This document shows positions 36,025 to 46,547 of a stretch of DNA of 64,000 nucleotides, one piece after another. A program made the translations under genes and the position numbers. Origin of the DNA: Clostridia bacterium. GTDB taxonomy: Bacteria > Bacillota > Clostridia > Christensenellales > CAG-138. The stretch covers positions 12,062-76,061 of the forward strand of contig JAFWVQ010000020.1 of NCBI GenBank assembly GCA_017523925.1, read 5' to 3'. The notes beneath the pieces are model-generated. The model had not been told where the DNA came from and made no database searches. It was given only the letters and a program-made list of their open reading frames with translations. The stretch's first letter is position 1; the number at the start of each line of letters is the position of its first letter.

Positions 36025-36726
36025 TCAGTTTTCCTCGTTCGTTTCGGAAACGGTGCTCTGCACGGAGCGAATAAGCTCGTACATCGGCTTCATCAGCTTC
36101 ATCTCGGCCTTGAGCCTTGCAAGGATATCCGATGGTTCGATCAGATCCATAACGCCCGAAAAGCGCTTGCCCCAACCGAAATATTTTACGTTTAGGTATG
36201 GCTTCAGCTCCTCCGGCACGTCGGGAAAGCGGTCACGCTTATAGCGCTCTGCATCGAGGAAATAACCCTGCTTTTCAAGCTTGCGTGCAAGCTTCAAAAA
36301 ACCCTGCGGATCAGATAAAACGCGCTTTCTGTATGCGTTCATGAACTCGCTCGATGAGGAATAGAGCCCAAAGCCATACGAATAGCCCTCCGGTGTGATC
36401 TCGAAATAGATCATGCTGCTTTCGCTGATGCGCGTCTTGGGGTAGCGAAAGCCGATCCACATATGGTTTCTAAAGGGTGATTTATCGTAGGTGAAGCGCG
36501 TGTCGCGCCGGATCCTCGAAACGCTCGTGTTTATATTGGGATTGAAATTCGGATCTACCGCAAGCGCATCCTCCATAAGCTCCGAAGCAAGAAGGCGCAT
36601 GGGGTCGCGGACGAAGCGCTCGTAGCGACCCCTGTTTTCATTGAACCATTCAACGTTGTTGTTGAAGGCGATCTCAAACAGAAACTCAAAGGTTTCCCTG
36701 TAAAACCCGTTAAAACTCATATCCAC
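36025..36726 (-). CDS. DUF2461 family protein
   Basis: NNNVEWFNENR, RIRRDTRF...DKSPF motifs. Confidence 0.8.
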   Translation of the reverse strand: MDMSFNGFYRETFEFLFEIAFNNNVEWFNENRGRYERFVRDPMRLLASELMEDALAVDPNFNPNINTSVSRIRRDTRFTYDKSPFRNHMWIGFRYPKTRISESSMIYFEITPEGYSYGFGLYSSSSEFMNAYRKRVLSDPQGFLKLARKLEKQGYFLDAERYKRDRFPDVPEELKPYLNVKYFGWGKRFSGVMDLIEPSDILARLKAEMKLMKPMYELIRSVQSTVSETNEEN

Positions 36727-36738
36727 GAACTATTCAGA

Positions 36739-38397
36739 TCACCACAGCGGACTGTACATTGCAACGTTTGCAAGATGCTCCTCAAGGGTCTTTGCAAACA
36801 CGAGCTCGCCGGTCTGAGGATCCTTAAGGCAGAAGTAGAGGAAGGCATCCTGAACGAATTCTTCATCGGGATAGAGCACGGCGCTCAGCGCGCTGTCTCC
36901 GGGGTTGGAAACGGGGCCTATCGGCAAGCCGTAGTTGATATGGGTGTTGTACCCGGACGGCGTGGCAAGCTGCTCCTCGGTCAGATGAAGCGAGCCGGTC
37001 TTGAGTACGTATTCGATGGTCGCATCCGATTCAAGCATCATGTCGCGCTCCATACGGTTTTTGAAAACTGCGGAAACGCGGGAGAAATCGCGCTTGATGC
37101 GCGCTTCCTTCTCAACGGTGGAAGCAAGGGTCACGACCTCATACATCGAAAGGCCGATAGTCTTTGCGCGTGCCGTGTAGATTGGTCCCCAGATCTGGCC
37201 GAAACGGGAAAGCATCTTGTCGATTATGGTCTCCTCGGTCGCGTCAACGTAGATCTCATAGGTAGCGGGGAAGAGGAAGCCCTCAAGTTTGTACTTCCTT
37301 TCGCCGGTCTCGTCGTCCGGTATGTCCTTGATGAATGGGTGATCGGCAACAAATGCTTCGCCGGTCACGCAGAGCTCAAGGAAACGATCGGGGCTTGAAA
37401 GAATGCCGTCCGCAACGAGCTTTGCCGCCATCGCTTCGATGGTCATACCCTCGGCAACCTGGAGGTTTCTCACCTCGCGCGGAGGCATGCCTCGGCAGAT
37501 GGTGTCCACGATATCGGGAATGCTCATATTCTTAGAAAGCACGTAGGTGCCGGCCTGAAGCCTGCTCGATTTGCCGATAAAGTCAACGTACACCTTGAAA
37601 ACGGCCTTGTTTGATATCAGACCCTCCTCGCCCTCACCGCAAGCCTCATAGAGCACCTTTGCGATAGCGGAGGCGCCGCTGCCCGGCTCGATGTTTATCA
37701 CGATGGGCGTTGGGTCGTTGGGATCCACCGGCATGATATACTTCTGATAAAGCTTGTTTCCGACCTTTGTAACAAGGGTGTAAACTATTAATATCGAAGC
37801 CGCAAGAATGATCGGTATGCGCAGGATCGACCATACCTTCCAGAAGATGCGAACACCCTTCTGCAGATTCTCCTTCGCATCGGCCCTTTCGCGTATCTCG
37901 GCCTCGGTTTTGAAATACCTGTGGCCGTGCAGATCGTCGAACTCAGGGTCATCTGGGTCGATGATCTCGGTGGAGGAAGTCTTCTTGCGCGAATACAGCT
38001 TTTTCGCCGAAACAGGCTTCTTGCTGCGCGCAGAAAAGATGCTGCTCTCCTTTTCCGAGGAAAGCTTGCCGTCAAAATACTCGTTCATATCGGCATAGAT
38101 ATCATCCTCGGGCTCCAATGCACCGGCATCCGATTCAATGGAATGCGCGGAAGAAGCAAGCTCCCTGTGCGCTTCGTGGGAAGGCGGCAGCTCCTTGCTG
38201 TCCGAGTTTTCGCTTGACGTTTTGCGCCCTAGCGCACCGCCGAAGAAGTCGTTCACGCGGCCGCGAATGCTCTGCAAGCTGCTGTCGCCGACAGCGGCAG
38301 GTTCCGCAGGCTCGACAGCCGCATTATTCTTATAACTCGCGGGCTGCAGCTTCTGCACTGCAAGACGCATTTTCTCAAGAATCTCGTTAAATTTCAT
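36739..38397 (-). CDS. mltG: Endolytic transglycosylase MltG with long N-terminal cytoplasmic extension
   Basis: LQAGTY, LEGFLFPATY, LASTVEKE, VFKNR, YNTH...GLPIGPVSNPG motifs. Confidence 0.9.
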   Translation of the reverse strand: MKFNEILEKMRLAVQKLQPASYKNNAAVEPAEPAAVGDSSLQSIRGRVNDFFGGALGRKTSSENSDSKELPPSHEAHRELASSAHSIESDAGALEPEDDIYADMNEYFDGKLSSEKESSIFSARSKKPVSAKKLYSRKKTSSTEIIDPDDPEFDDLHGHRYFKTEAEIRERADAKENLQKGVRIFWKVWSILRIPIILAASILIVYTLVTKVGNKLYQKYIMPVDPNDPTPIVINIEPGSGASAIAKVLYEACGEGEEGLISNKAVFKVYVDFIGKSSRLQAGTYVLSKNMSIPDIVDTICRGMPPREVRNLQVAEGMTIEAMAAKLVADGILSSPDRFLELCVTGEAFVADHPFIKDIPDDETGERKYKLEGFLFPATYEIYVDATEETIIDKMLSRFGQIWGPIYTARAKTIGLSMYEVVTLASTVEKEARIKRDFSRVSAVFKNRMERDMMLESDATIEYVLKTGSLHLTEEQLATPSGYNTHINYGLPIGPVSNPGDSALSAVLYPDEEFVQDAFLYFCLKDPQTGELVFAKTLEEHLANVAMYSPLW

Positions 38398-38475
38398 AGT
38401 TCCCCCTTTGGGACGGGCATTGAAACTCAAAAGCCCTTGTTATTTATGTTCAAATCTCGCTTCGTGAATGCTCGA

Positions 38476-38853
38476 TCAGTCATCAAGCAGTCCAAGGTCC
38501 GCATCCACAGCCAATGCAAGCCTTTTATAGATCGCGGCAAGCATGTTGTTCAGACGATACTGGGCGAACAGGTATTCGCTCGCGGCAGGATCGAGCTGCA
38601 AAAGCTCTCCGAGACGCTGCAGCTTGAACAGCTCCGCCTCGTCCGCGCTTCCAGATACCGATGCAGCCTGAAGCCTCGTTTGAAGCGTGCGGTATTCGTT
38701 AAGAAGGATCCTTGTGGATTCCTTAGCAAAGGCGGCTTCGCGCGCTCTTGAAAACTCGGCATATTCCTCGCTTGCCTTCAATAGCGCAGCAAGCTCCTCA
38801 GATTTTTCGGAAATAGGTTTACTTAGCTCCTTATCCATACATATAACGGCCAT
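38476..38853 (-). CDS. YlbF/YmcA family regulator
   Basis: Helical; ELAALLKASEEY...F pattern, YLFAQYRL. Confidence 0.75.
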   Translation of the reverse strand: MAVICMDKELSKPISEKSEELAALLKASEEYAEFSRAREAAFAKESTRILLNEYRTLQTRLQAASVSGSADEAELFKLQRLGELLQLDPAASEYLFAQYRLNNMLAAIYKRLALAVDADLGLLDD

Positions 38854-38874
38854 ATCGCCGTAAAGGTTTATCGA

Positions 38875-40548
38875 TCAGATGTCGATATCGAAAACTACGG
38901 GGATGATTATCGGGGTTCTGCGGGTCCTCTCCATCAGAAGCTGCTTGACGGCAGATTTGACAGCCGCAATGAGCTCTGCGTGCTCCTCACCCTTCTGCCT
39001 GACTATCCGCTCCGATGCAATGCTGAACACAAGCTGCTTTACTTCGTCGATCAGCTCATGCGAATCATTCAGATAGATGAAGCCCTTGGTCACTATCTCC
39101 GGCATGCCCGCAAGCTCGCCGGTCGAGCTTCTGAGCGGTATCATGACCGAGAACAGGCCGGACTGCGAAAGCAGCCTTCTCTCTCTCAACACCGCTGCGC
39201 CGACGTCGCCAACGCCGAGGCCGTCCACAAGGAGGGAGCCGGAGGAAACGCCGCCGCTGATCTTCGCGTCCTTCGCGGTGATCTCAAGCACGTTGCCATT
39301 GTATAGAACGAAGATATTGTTCTCACCGATGCCCATCTGCTCGGCAAGCCCCGCATGGCGGTAGAGGTGGCGCGTTTCGCCATGGACCGGTATGAAGTAC
39401 TTGGGCTTCAGCAGGTTGAACATCATTCTAAGCTCCTGCCGCCTGGCGTGACCAGAAACGTGAACGTCCGCAAGGCGGTCATAGATCATGTTTGCGCCGC
39501 GCTGAAAAAGGCGGTTGATGACCCTGCCTACGCTGCGCTCGTTGCCCGGTATGGCAGAAGCTGATATGATGACCGTGTCGCCCTTGCCCACGCTGAGCTT
39601 ATGGTTGGCGTTCGCCATGCGGAACAAGCCGCTCATGGACTCTCCCTGGCTGCCCGTAGTAAGCACGCAAACCTTGCTGTTCTCGTAATTTTTGAGCTGC
39701 TCAAGCTCCACAACGCAGTTTTCGGGCAGGTTCAGATAGCCGAGCTCCGAGGCGATACGGGCAATATTGACCATCGAACGCCCCTGGAAGCAAATAACGC
39801 GCTTATGCCGTATCGCTGTGTCCACGACCTGCTGGATACGGTAGACGTTTGATGCAAACGATGCAACTATTATTCGCCCTTCGGCTTCTGAAAACACCTT
39901 TTCAAAGGTTTTTCCGATCTCCCTTTCAGATGGAGTGGAGCCCTCATGCTCGGCATTGGTGCTGTCCATCAGAAGTGCGAGCACGCCGTTTGCGCCGTAT
40001 GCGGCAAAGCGGTTAACGTCGATAGGCTCGTCGTCCACCGGCGTATAGTCGACCTTAAAGTCGCCTGTGTGGATGACCACGCCGAGCGGAGTGGTAATTG
40101 CAAGAGCAACGGCGCCGGCAATGGAATGATTGACCTTGATAAACTCGATCTTGAAGCAGCCGAGCTCGAAGCTTTCGCCGGGTGTTGTGCAGATAAGATC
40201 CGCGTTGACGATGCCGTATTCTTCAAGCTTATGCTCTATGAGCGCAAGCGTGAAGCGTGTTCCATATATGGGCACGCGCACCTTCTGAAGCGCGTAGGGG
40301 AGGGAACCGATATGGTCCTCGTGCCCGTGAGTGATGATGAAAGCGCGAAGCTTTTCCTTATTGGCCTCGATATAGGTCATGTCGGGTATGACCATGTCCA
40401 CGCCGAGCATGTCCTCATCGGGGAAGGCAAGTCCGCAGTCGATAACGATCATGTCATTGCCGTACTCGATCACGGTCATATTCTTCCCTATCTCACCAAG
40501 ACCGCCGAGGGGGATTATCCTCAGCTTCGCGGTCTGTTTGACTGTCAA
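38875..40548 (-). CDS. rnj: Ribonuclease J
   Basis: PLGGLGEIGKNM, THGHEDHIG, HTGDFK, HVSGH, PVHGE motifs. Confidence 0.96.
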   Translation of the reverse strand: MTVKQTAKLRIIPLGGLGEIGKNMTVIEYGNDMIVIDCGLAFPDEDMLGVDMVIPDMTYIEANKEKLRAFIITHGHEDHIGSLPYALQKVRVPIYGTRFTLALIEHKLEEYGIVNADLICTTPGESFELGCFKIEFIKVNHSIAGAVALAITTPLGVVIHTGDFKVDYTPVDDEPIDVNRFAAYGANGVLALLMDSTNAEHEGSTPSEREIGKTFEKVFSEAEGRIIVASFASNVYRIQQVVDTAIRHKRVICFQGRSMVNIARIASELGYLNLPENCVVELEQLKNYENSKVCVLTTGSQGESMSGLFRMANANHKLSVGKGDTVIISASAIPGNERSVGRVINRLFQRGANMIYDRLADVHVSGHARRQELRMMFNLLKPKYFIPVHGETRHLYRHAGLAEQMGIGENNIFVLYNGNVLEITAKDAKISGGVSSGSLLVDGLGVGDVGAAVLRERRLLSQSGLFSVMIPLRSSTGELAGMPEIVTKGFIYLNDSHELIDEVKQLVFSIASERIVRQKGEEHAELIAAVKSAVKQLLMERTRRTPIIIPVVFDIDI

Positions 40549-40627
40549 AATATACTCCTTTCGAATTTCCGCACGCCATAGCGCCGCGGAAAAAACGTCT
40601 TATTCGTTGATCCAAGGAATGATAAGC

Positions 40628-42559
40628 TCATTCCTCCGAGAGCGAAGCGAGCCTTTCGGCGGCCTCCTCCCATTTTTTATATAGTGCGTCGAGCGCGCCG
40701 GAGAGCCTTTCGGCCTTCTCGGACAGCTCGCCCGCTTTTTTATAATCCGATGCAACTGCGGGGGACGCAAGCTCGTCATTAAGTGCGGCAAGCTCCGCTT
40801 CCGCATTTGCGATCGCCTTTTCGCAGCGCTCAAGCTCGCCCTTTGCACGGTTTACCGCGCTTTGGCGTTCCTTGCGCTCGCGGTAATCCATGGCGTTCTT
40901 CGAAACAGGCTTTTCGGCGCCAGTTTCTTCCTTCTGCTTGGCGGATACCGCCTCAAGATAGTCGTCGTAGCCACCGATGTATTCCTCAAGACCGTTCGGC
41001 GTCATGCGCAGGATACGGTCGGCAAGGCGGTTCACAAGATAGCGATCGTGCGTCACGATCAGCATCGTGCCGTTGTATTCATCCAAAGCAATTTCAAGCG
41101 CCTCGCGGGAAGCGATGTCGAGATGGTTGGTCGGCTCGTCAAGCAGCAGAAGATTTGCCTTGGTGAGCATCAGCTTCAAGAGCTGGACCCTTGCAAGCTC
41201 TCCTCCCGAAAGCGTTCCGAGGGGCTTGTTCACGTCGTCACCCCTAAACAGAAAGGCCGCAAGCGCGTTGCAGATATCCTTGTGGGAGATCGTGGTATAG
41301 TATTTGTCCCAAACCTCGCGAAGAACCGTGTTGTTCGGATCGAACTGCGTGAGGGTCTGCTCATAATACGCGCTTTCAACATGCGCGCCGAGATAGAAGC
41401 TGCCCTCGCTTGCTCTGAGCCTTCCCGCGATTATGTTTAAAAGAGTGGTCTTTCCGCAGCCGTTGTCGCCGAGCAAAAATACCTTTTCGCCCTTTTTTAT
41501 CAGCATATCCACGCCCGAAAAGATGCGCTTGCCGTCAAACGCCTTGCCTAGTGAACGGGCAACGAGAACGTCGTTTCCACCGGTTTCCTTGGCTTCGAAA
41601 TGGAAGTGGATGGATGCGCTGTCCCTCTCGGGCGCAACAAGCGTTTCCTTTAATCTGTCAGCCTGCTTCTGCTTGGATGCGGCCGTTATGAAATTATGCG
41701 CCTGTCCCCAGCGCCGCTGCTGCTCAACGATGCCTTCGATGCGCCTGATCTCTTTTTGTGTGCGCAGATAACGGCGCATCTCCAGCTCGCGAGCGGTGCT
41801 GCGAAGCTCGAGATGGCGGGAATAGTTGCCCTGCGAGATATAAAGCCGCAGATCCTTCAGCTCGATGGTCCTGTTCGTAACGCGGTCGAGGAAGTAGCGG
41901 TCGTGCGAGATAACGATGAACGATCCGCGATATGCGCTCAAAAAGCCTTCAAGCCATTCGATCGAGGAAACGTCGAGATGGTTGGTCGGTTCGTCAAGCA
42001 GCAAAAGATTCGCATCCGAAAGCAGCAGCCGAGCAAGCTGCGCCTTGTTTTTCTGCCCGCCGCTGAAGGAGCCGATGCTCCGTTCGAGTTCAGCTTCGGT
42101 AAAGCCGAGGCCGAGCAGGGTGGAGCGAGTGCGTGCGCGATAGGTCGCGCCGTCCCTGTCATAGTAGCGGTCGTGCAGCCTCTGCTGACGCGCAAGCGTT
42201 TTTTCATCCGCCTTGCCGCTTGAAGCGATCTCCTCAGCGATACGCTCAAGCTCTGCTTCGATATCCATCAGCTCTGAGAAAACAGAAAGTGTGTATTCGT
42301 ACAGCGAGCAGCTTTCATTAGAAACCTTCTGCTCCATGCTGCCGATCTTCGTTGTGGCAGGCGCATAGATGCTGCCCTCGTCATAGCTCTCTAGCCCGAG
42401 AAGTATGCGGAACAATGTGGATTTGCCGCAGCCGTTGACTCCGACAAAGCCAATATGGTCGCCTTCGTTCACTTCAAATGAGATGTCCTCAAACAGAACT
42501 CTGGTGACGTATGATTTTTTTAGCTCACGAACACCCAGTAAAGGCATGTTATTCTCCAA
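40628..42559 (-). CDS. ABC-F family ATP-binding protein
   Basis: Two ABC domains (GVNGCGKS, GDNGCGKT; LLDEPTNHLD twice), no TM, C-terminal coiled coil. Confidence 0.92.
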   Translation of the reverse strand: MENNMPLLGVRELKKSYVTRVLFEDISFEVNEGDHIGFVGVNGCGKSTLFRILLGLESYDEGSIYAPATTKIGSMEQKVSNESCSLYEYTLSVFSELMDIEAELERIAEEIASSGKADEKTLARQQRLHDRYYDRDGATYRARTRSTLLGLGFTEAELERSIGSFSGGQKNKAQLARLLLSDANLLLLDEPTNHLDVSSIEWLEGFLSAYRGSFIVISHDRYFLDRVTNRTIELKDLRLYISQGNYSRHLELRSTARELEMRRYLRTQKEIRRIEGIVEQQRRWGQAHNFITAASKQKQADRLKETLVAPERDSASIHFHFEAKETGGNDVLVARSLGKAFDGKRIFSGVDMLIKKGEKVFLLGDNGCGKTTLLNIIAGRLRASEGSFYLGAHVESAYYEQTLTQFDPNNTVLREVWDKYYTTISHKDICNALAAFLFRGDDVNKPLGTLSGGELARVQLLKLMLTKANLLLLDEPTNHLDIASREALEIALDEYNGTMLIVTHDRYLVNRLADRILRMTPNGLEEYIGGYDDYLEAVSAKQKEETGAEKPVSKNAMDYRERKERQSAVNRAKGELERCEKAIANAEAELAALNDELASPAVASDYKKAGELSEKAERLSGALDALYKKWEEAAERLASLSEE

Positions 42560-42610
42560 GTAAAGCGGATAATCCGGCGGAATACTCCGGCTAAGATCCC
42601 TGTTCGGGCG

Positions 42611-43324
42611 TCAAAGGCCCATTTCGGTGTAGCGCTCCCAATCGCGGTGCATATAGCGCGAAATGGGTCTTATGGTCCCTATGTATGCAGGATCGAGCCC
42701 CTCGGACTCGGCATACTCGCGAAACTCTGATATGATGGGCTCGCAGCCGATGGTGTATTTGACCGGCAGACCCGTCGCCTCGCTCACGCGCTTCACCATA
42801 TCGTAGCCGTCGATAAGCTCGATCAGCGCGGTCTCCTGCGATAGATTGGTATTGTTCACGATCGCGGATATGGCAATCCTGCCCGCCTCTGTTACCTTGC
42901 CGATCATATCGAGATTGAGCTCGAGCTCACAAGAGAACGGACGGCGCGCGTTAATTACGTACAGCACTTCGATATTATCAACGTCCTTAAAGAAACGCTT
43001 GTACTGCCCGAGCGCTATCGCACCCGCAGCATCGCCGCCAACGTCGAAAATAACGACGTCGCTGTCGTTGGAAAACACGGAGTAGATCTCCGCAGGAAGG
43101 CTCGGGATCTCCACGCCGAGCATTGCATAGGTGGGGGAGAAAAGCTTTATTCCCGCCGCCTCAAGCTCGCTGCTTCGCTCGGTGGAGCGAAAATACGGAT
43201 TGATTATGTCTAGGTCAACGAGCGTGACCTTGCTTCCTTTTTCTGCGGCCTCGAAGGCAAGGTTCAGCGAAAGTTCGGTCTTGCCTGAGCCGAAATTACC
43301 TATCACCACAATGTATTTTTTCAT
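42611..43324 (-). CDS. P-loop ATP-binding protein (MinD/CobQ-like)
   Basis: GNFGSGKTE, DLDIINPYFRS, FDVGGD motifs. Confidence 0.8.
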   Translation of the reverse strand: MKKYIVVIGNFGSGKTELSLNLAFEAAEKGSKVTLVDLDIINPYFRSTERSSELEAAGIKLFSPTYAMLGVEIPSLPAEIYSVFSNDSDVVIFDVGGDAAGAIALGQYKRFFKDVDNIEVLYVINARRPFSCELELNLDMIGKVTEAGRIAISAIVNNTNLSQETALIELIDGYDMVKRVSEATGLPVKYTIGCEPIISEFREYAESEGLDPAYIGTIRPISRYMHRDWERYTEMGL

Positions 43325-43352
43325 TGTATTATCCTGCATATTCAACTTTGCT

Positions 43353-44960
43353 TCACTTTGTGGGCTTTATAACGCCCATTATCCTTTCGGCGGCACGCAT
43401 TCCATCCACTGCCGCGCTGACGATGCCGCCCGCGTAACCCGCGCCTTCGCCGACGGGGTAGAGCCCCTTGAGGCGAGTGGCTTCACCGTTTTCATCGCGC
43501 ATGATGCGAACGGGTGCACTCGAGCGGCTTTCAACAGCGGTCAGCACCGCATCGTACATATCGAATCCGCGTATCATTCTTGAGAAGGCGCGAATGCCGT
43601 CCCTTATGCCGTTTGCGATCGTGGGCGGCATGCACTCGGAGATATCCTTGTTCACAACGTTCGGACGATACGTCGGCTTGATCGCGCCAAAGCCGGAGGG
43701 CACCCGTTCGAGCAGAAAATCGCCAACGCGCATAGCAGGCGCGGAGAAATCGCCTCCGCCGAGCAGGAAAGCCTTTTTCTCAAGCTTTTCCTGGAAAATT
43801 AGGCCGCCGAGCGGATCGCTGCCGAAATCAGATGGGTTCACCTGAACGATGATCGCGGAGTTGGCGTATTCGCCGTTTCTTGCGTGATAGCTCATGCCGT
43901 TTGTGACAACCTGTTCCTTATCGGAGGAAGAGCCCACCACAACGCCGCCCGGGCACATACAGAAGGTATAAACGCCGCGATCGCCGCTCTTGCCGGTTTT
44001 GCCCGTGAGCCTGTATTCAGCCGCTCCAAGGCGCGGATGCCCGGCAAATTTGCCGTACTGCGATCTGTCGATAAAGCTCTGAGGATGCTCGATGCGCGCG
44101 CCAACGGCGAAGGGCTTCGCCTTAATCTCCAGGCCGCTTGAATAGAGCATGCGATAGGTGTCCCTGGCGGCCTGACCGACTGCAAGCACTACGGCGGAGC
44201 AGGGGAGCTTCTCACTGCCGTTCACGGTCACGGAAGCGATCCTTCCGTCCTTTTCTTCAAAGCCCGTGAAGATCGCTCCAAAGCGCACCGAAACGCCCAT
44301 GCTTTCAAGCTCCCTGCGCATATTCAACACGACCCTTGAAAGCACGTCGGTACCGATATGCGGCTTGGCTTCGGCAGCGATATCATCGCTTGCGCCGAAA
44401 CGGATCAGCGTTTCAAGCACTTCCTTCGAACGCACGTCCTTGATCCTGGTCGTAAGCTTGCCGTCGGAGAAGGTACCGGCGCCGCCCTCGCCGAACATAA
44501 TATTGCTGTTCGGATCGAGCTCTGCTTTTGCAAAGAATCTGTCTACGTCCTTTTTGCGCTCGTCTATCGCTCTGCCGCGCTCGAGCACAACAACTTCGTA
44601 TCCATAGCGTGCAAGCTCGTAGGCCGCGAAAAGCCCTGCGGGGCCGAGGCCGACCACCACAACAGGCGCATCCTGCGGCTTATCGCCGAACACGGGCTCG
44701 GAGTTCTCGCGAACAGGAGCCCTGCCGATATTCTTTCTTTCAAGCGACGCTATACGCTTGGCGTTCTCTGCGGAAACCTCGAAGCACACCGAATAGATGC
44801 TCCTGATGTCGTTCTTGTCCCTCGCGTCGAGCGAATGCCGAACTATGCGGATATTTTCGATCTCGGAAACGCTGAGGCGTATGTGAGCCGAAAGCAGCAG
44901 CGCAAGCGCGCTTTCATCGGCGTTAAAGGGAAGATCGAGGTTGGTTGCTATAAGTTCCAT
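43353..44960 (-). CDS. FAD-dependent oxidoreductase
   Basis: VGLGPAG, GEGGAGTFSDGKL, FCMCPGG, GEGAGYAGGIVSAA motifs. Confidence 0.88.
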   Translation of the reverse strand: MELIATNLDLPFNADESALALLLSAHIRLSVSEIENIRIVRHSLDARDKNDIRSIYSVCFEVSAENAKRIASLERKNIGRAPVRENSEPVFGDKPQDAPVVVVGLGPAGLFAAYELARYGYEVVVLERGRAIDERKKDVDRFFAKAELDPNSNIMFGEGGAGTFSDGKLTTRIKDVRSKEVLETLIRFGASDDIAAEAKPHIGTDVLSRVVLNMRRELESMGVSVRFGAIFTGFEEKDGRIASVTVNGSEKLPCSAVVLAVGQAARDTYRMLYSSGLEIKAKPFAVGARIEHPQSFIDRSQYGKFAGHPRLGAAEYRLTGKTGKSGDRGVYTFCMCPGGVVVGSSSDKEQVVTNGMSYHARNGEYANSAIIVQVNPSDFGSDPLGGLIFQEKLEKKAFLLGGGDFSAPAMRVGDFLLERVPSGFGAIKPTYRPNVVNKDISECMPPTIANGIRDGIRAFSRMIRGFDMYDAVLTAVESRSSAPVRIMRDENGEATRLKGLYPVGEGAGYAGGIVSAAVDGMRAAERIMGVIKPTK

Positions 44961-45017
44961 TATCGGGTAAATCTCCTAAGATCGATGATCGCTGTTTTCA
45001 ACATTTATGCCTTATCA

Positions 45018-46547
45018 TCAGCCGCCCGTAGCAGTCGTGATGGTGCAGAAGGATTTTTGCACGCTTATGCTGACGCTTCCGTCGGTAAGCCAGCTCGGCT
45101 CCCCGTCGACCGTCATCTTCGGCGTGATCTCATGAGTGCCCCTTGCAAAGCCCGAAACGTCGAGCAACAGATGGATATTGCTCTGCGCAAGATCGTTCAC
45201 GATCCTTGCGGGTCCGAGGAGCTGAACTGTGAAGGTGCGAGTTCCGTACAGGTAATTGAACAGCTCGGTATTCTCGCCCGTGATCTCAACATCGCTGATC
45301 GGGATCGTGAAGGCGCGCTGAACGGTCTTGTCCGCAACCTCGATGGTGACGAAGAAATTGTTGTCGCTGAGCAGCACTGCATCACCCGTGATACCCATTA
45401 TATTAACGCGCTGAGTATGCGTTCCCGGGTAGAGGTTTGAAACGTTTATCGGCTCAAGATAAACGGAATCCGCAACGGATTCAAGCGCATCCTGCGGCGC
45501 GGCGATACTGAAGGTGGGCGGATTAACGAAAATGGAGGTGAGCTCATAATTCTCGTTGATCTCGCCTGAGAGCAGCAGATAGTTCTGCAATTCAAGCTCA
45601 ACGTAGGGACGAATGCTCATTCGCACCGTGACGGCGGGAATAGCGCCGATAACGCCTTTCTTATCGAGCACGTTCTGATCCTCATCCAACAGCTCCGGTA
45701 CGAAGGATTCGTTTATATCGGTCATGCGCTCGCTGAGATCGATCACGCAGTTTGCCTTTACGATACTGCTGATCTTTTCTTCTGCGCCCGAGATATTGAT
45801 ATTGCCGTTGACCCCCGCATTCGTGGTGAGGGTCGGGTCGTTGTGCCAGTAACCGTCCGGCAAGCTGTTCACAAACGAATACGTTATGGGAACCGAGCGC
45901 GTAACGTAGTTATCAACCGTTATTGTAATGGTGGAGGGCTCGATCGATATCGGCGTGCCGATGGTCGAGGTCGCGGAGATGGGCAGCTCGTAAACGCCGG
46001 GGCTCCTGATGTCGTTCAGATTGATCGAGGCGGAGACGATCTCGCCAAGCGCGCTGTTGAATCTGGGAAGATCGTTCAGCGTAGTGCGGATGTTTACGGC
46101 AACGCTCGGAAGCGAGCTTGTGATCTCGTCGCTAATGATAAGGTTTCTCGAGCGAAGACCGGCTTCACTTCCGCCATCCACGGAAAGATGAACGTTCTCG
46201 ATGCGCTTCGTTCGGACCGGGTTCTCCGTCATGAGCACATAACCCCAGATCGTGACAGCGATCAGCAGCGCCGCAAGCGCATAGCCGATCTTGCGGAAGA
46301 ACGCATGCTTATACCACGGCACGCGCACGTCCGATTGAGCTTCCGCAGCTTTCTCGGAAGACGCTGACGGAAGAATTTCGCCTCTTGAAACGGCGTGGGC
46401 CGATTGGGTGTCGCCTGCTGCGGAAACGCGTTCACTCGGCGGCAGCGCCGAAGCTTCGCGCTCCGAATTTGCCTCGTGCGAAGCGGGCGGCTCAGATACG
46501 GACTTATCCGTATTTTCGAGTATCGGATTATCGTTTGCTGTTGTCAT
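45018..46547 (-). CDS. cdaR: CdaR/YbbR family regulator of diadenylate cyclase
   Basis: Overlaps cdaA; single TM (AVTIWGYV) followed by beta-rich YbbR-like repeats. Confidence 0.75.
   Translation of the reverse strand: MTTANDNPILENTDKSVSEPPASHEANSEREASALPPSERVSAAGDTQSAHAVSRGEILPSASSEKAAEAQSDVRVPWYKHAFFRKIGYALAALLIAVTIWGYVLMTENPVRTKRIENVHLSVDGGSEAGLRSRNLIISDEITSSLPSVAVNIRTTLNDLPRFNSALGEIVSASINLNDIRSPGVYELPISATSTIGTPISIEPSTITITVDNYVTRSVPITYSFVNSLPDGYWHNDPTLTTNAGVNGNINISGAEEKISSIVKANCVIDLSERMTDINESFVPELLDEDQNVLDKKGVIGAIPAVTVRMSIRPYVELELQNYLLLSGEINENYELTSIFVNPPTFSIAAPQDALESVADSVYLEPINVSNLYPGTHTQRVNIMGITGDAVLLSDNNFFVTIEVADKTVQRAFTIPISDVEITGENTELFNYLYGTRTFTVQLLGPARIVNDLAQSNIHLLLDVSGFARGTHEITPKMTVDGEPSWLTDGSVSISVQKSFCTITTATGG

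Noticed and set aside
40628-42559. ABC-F as an antibiotic-resistance gene
   Set aside because: Housekeeping context and YdiF/Uup-like architecture; nothing in the sequence supports an ARE subfamily.
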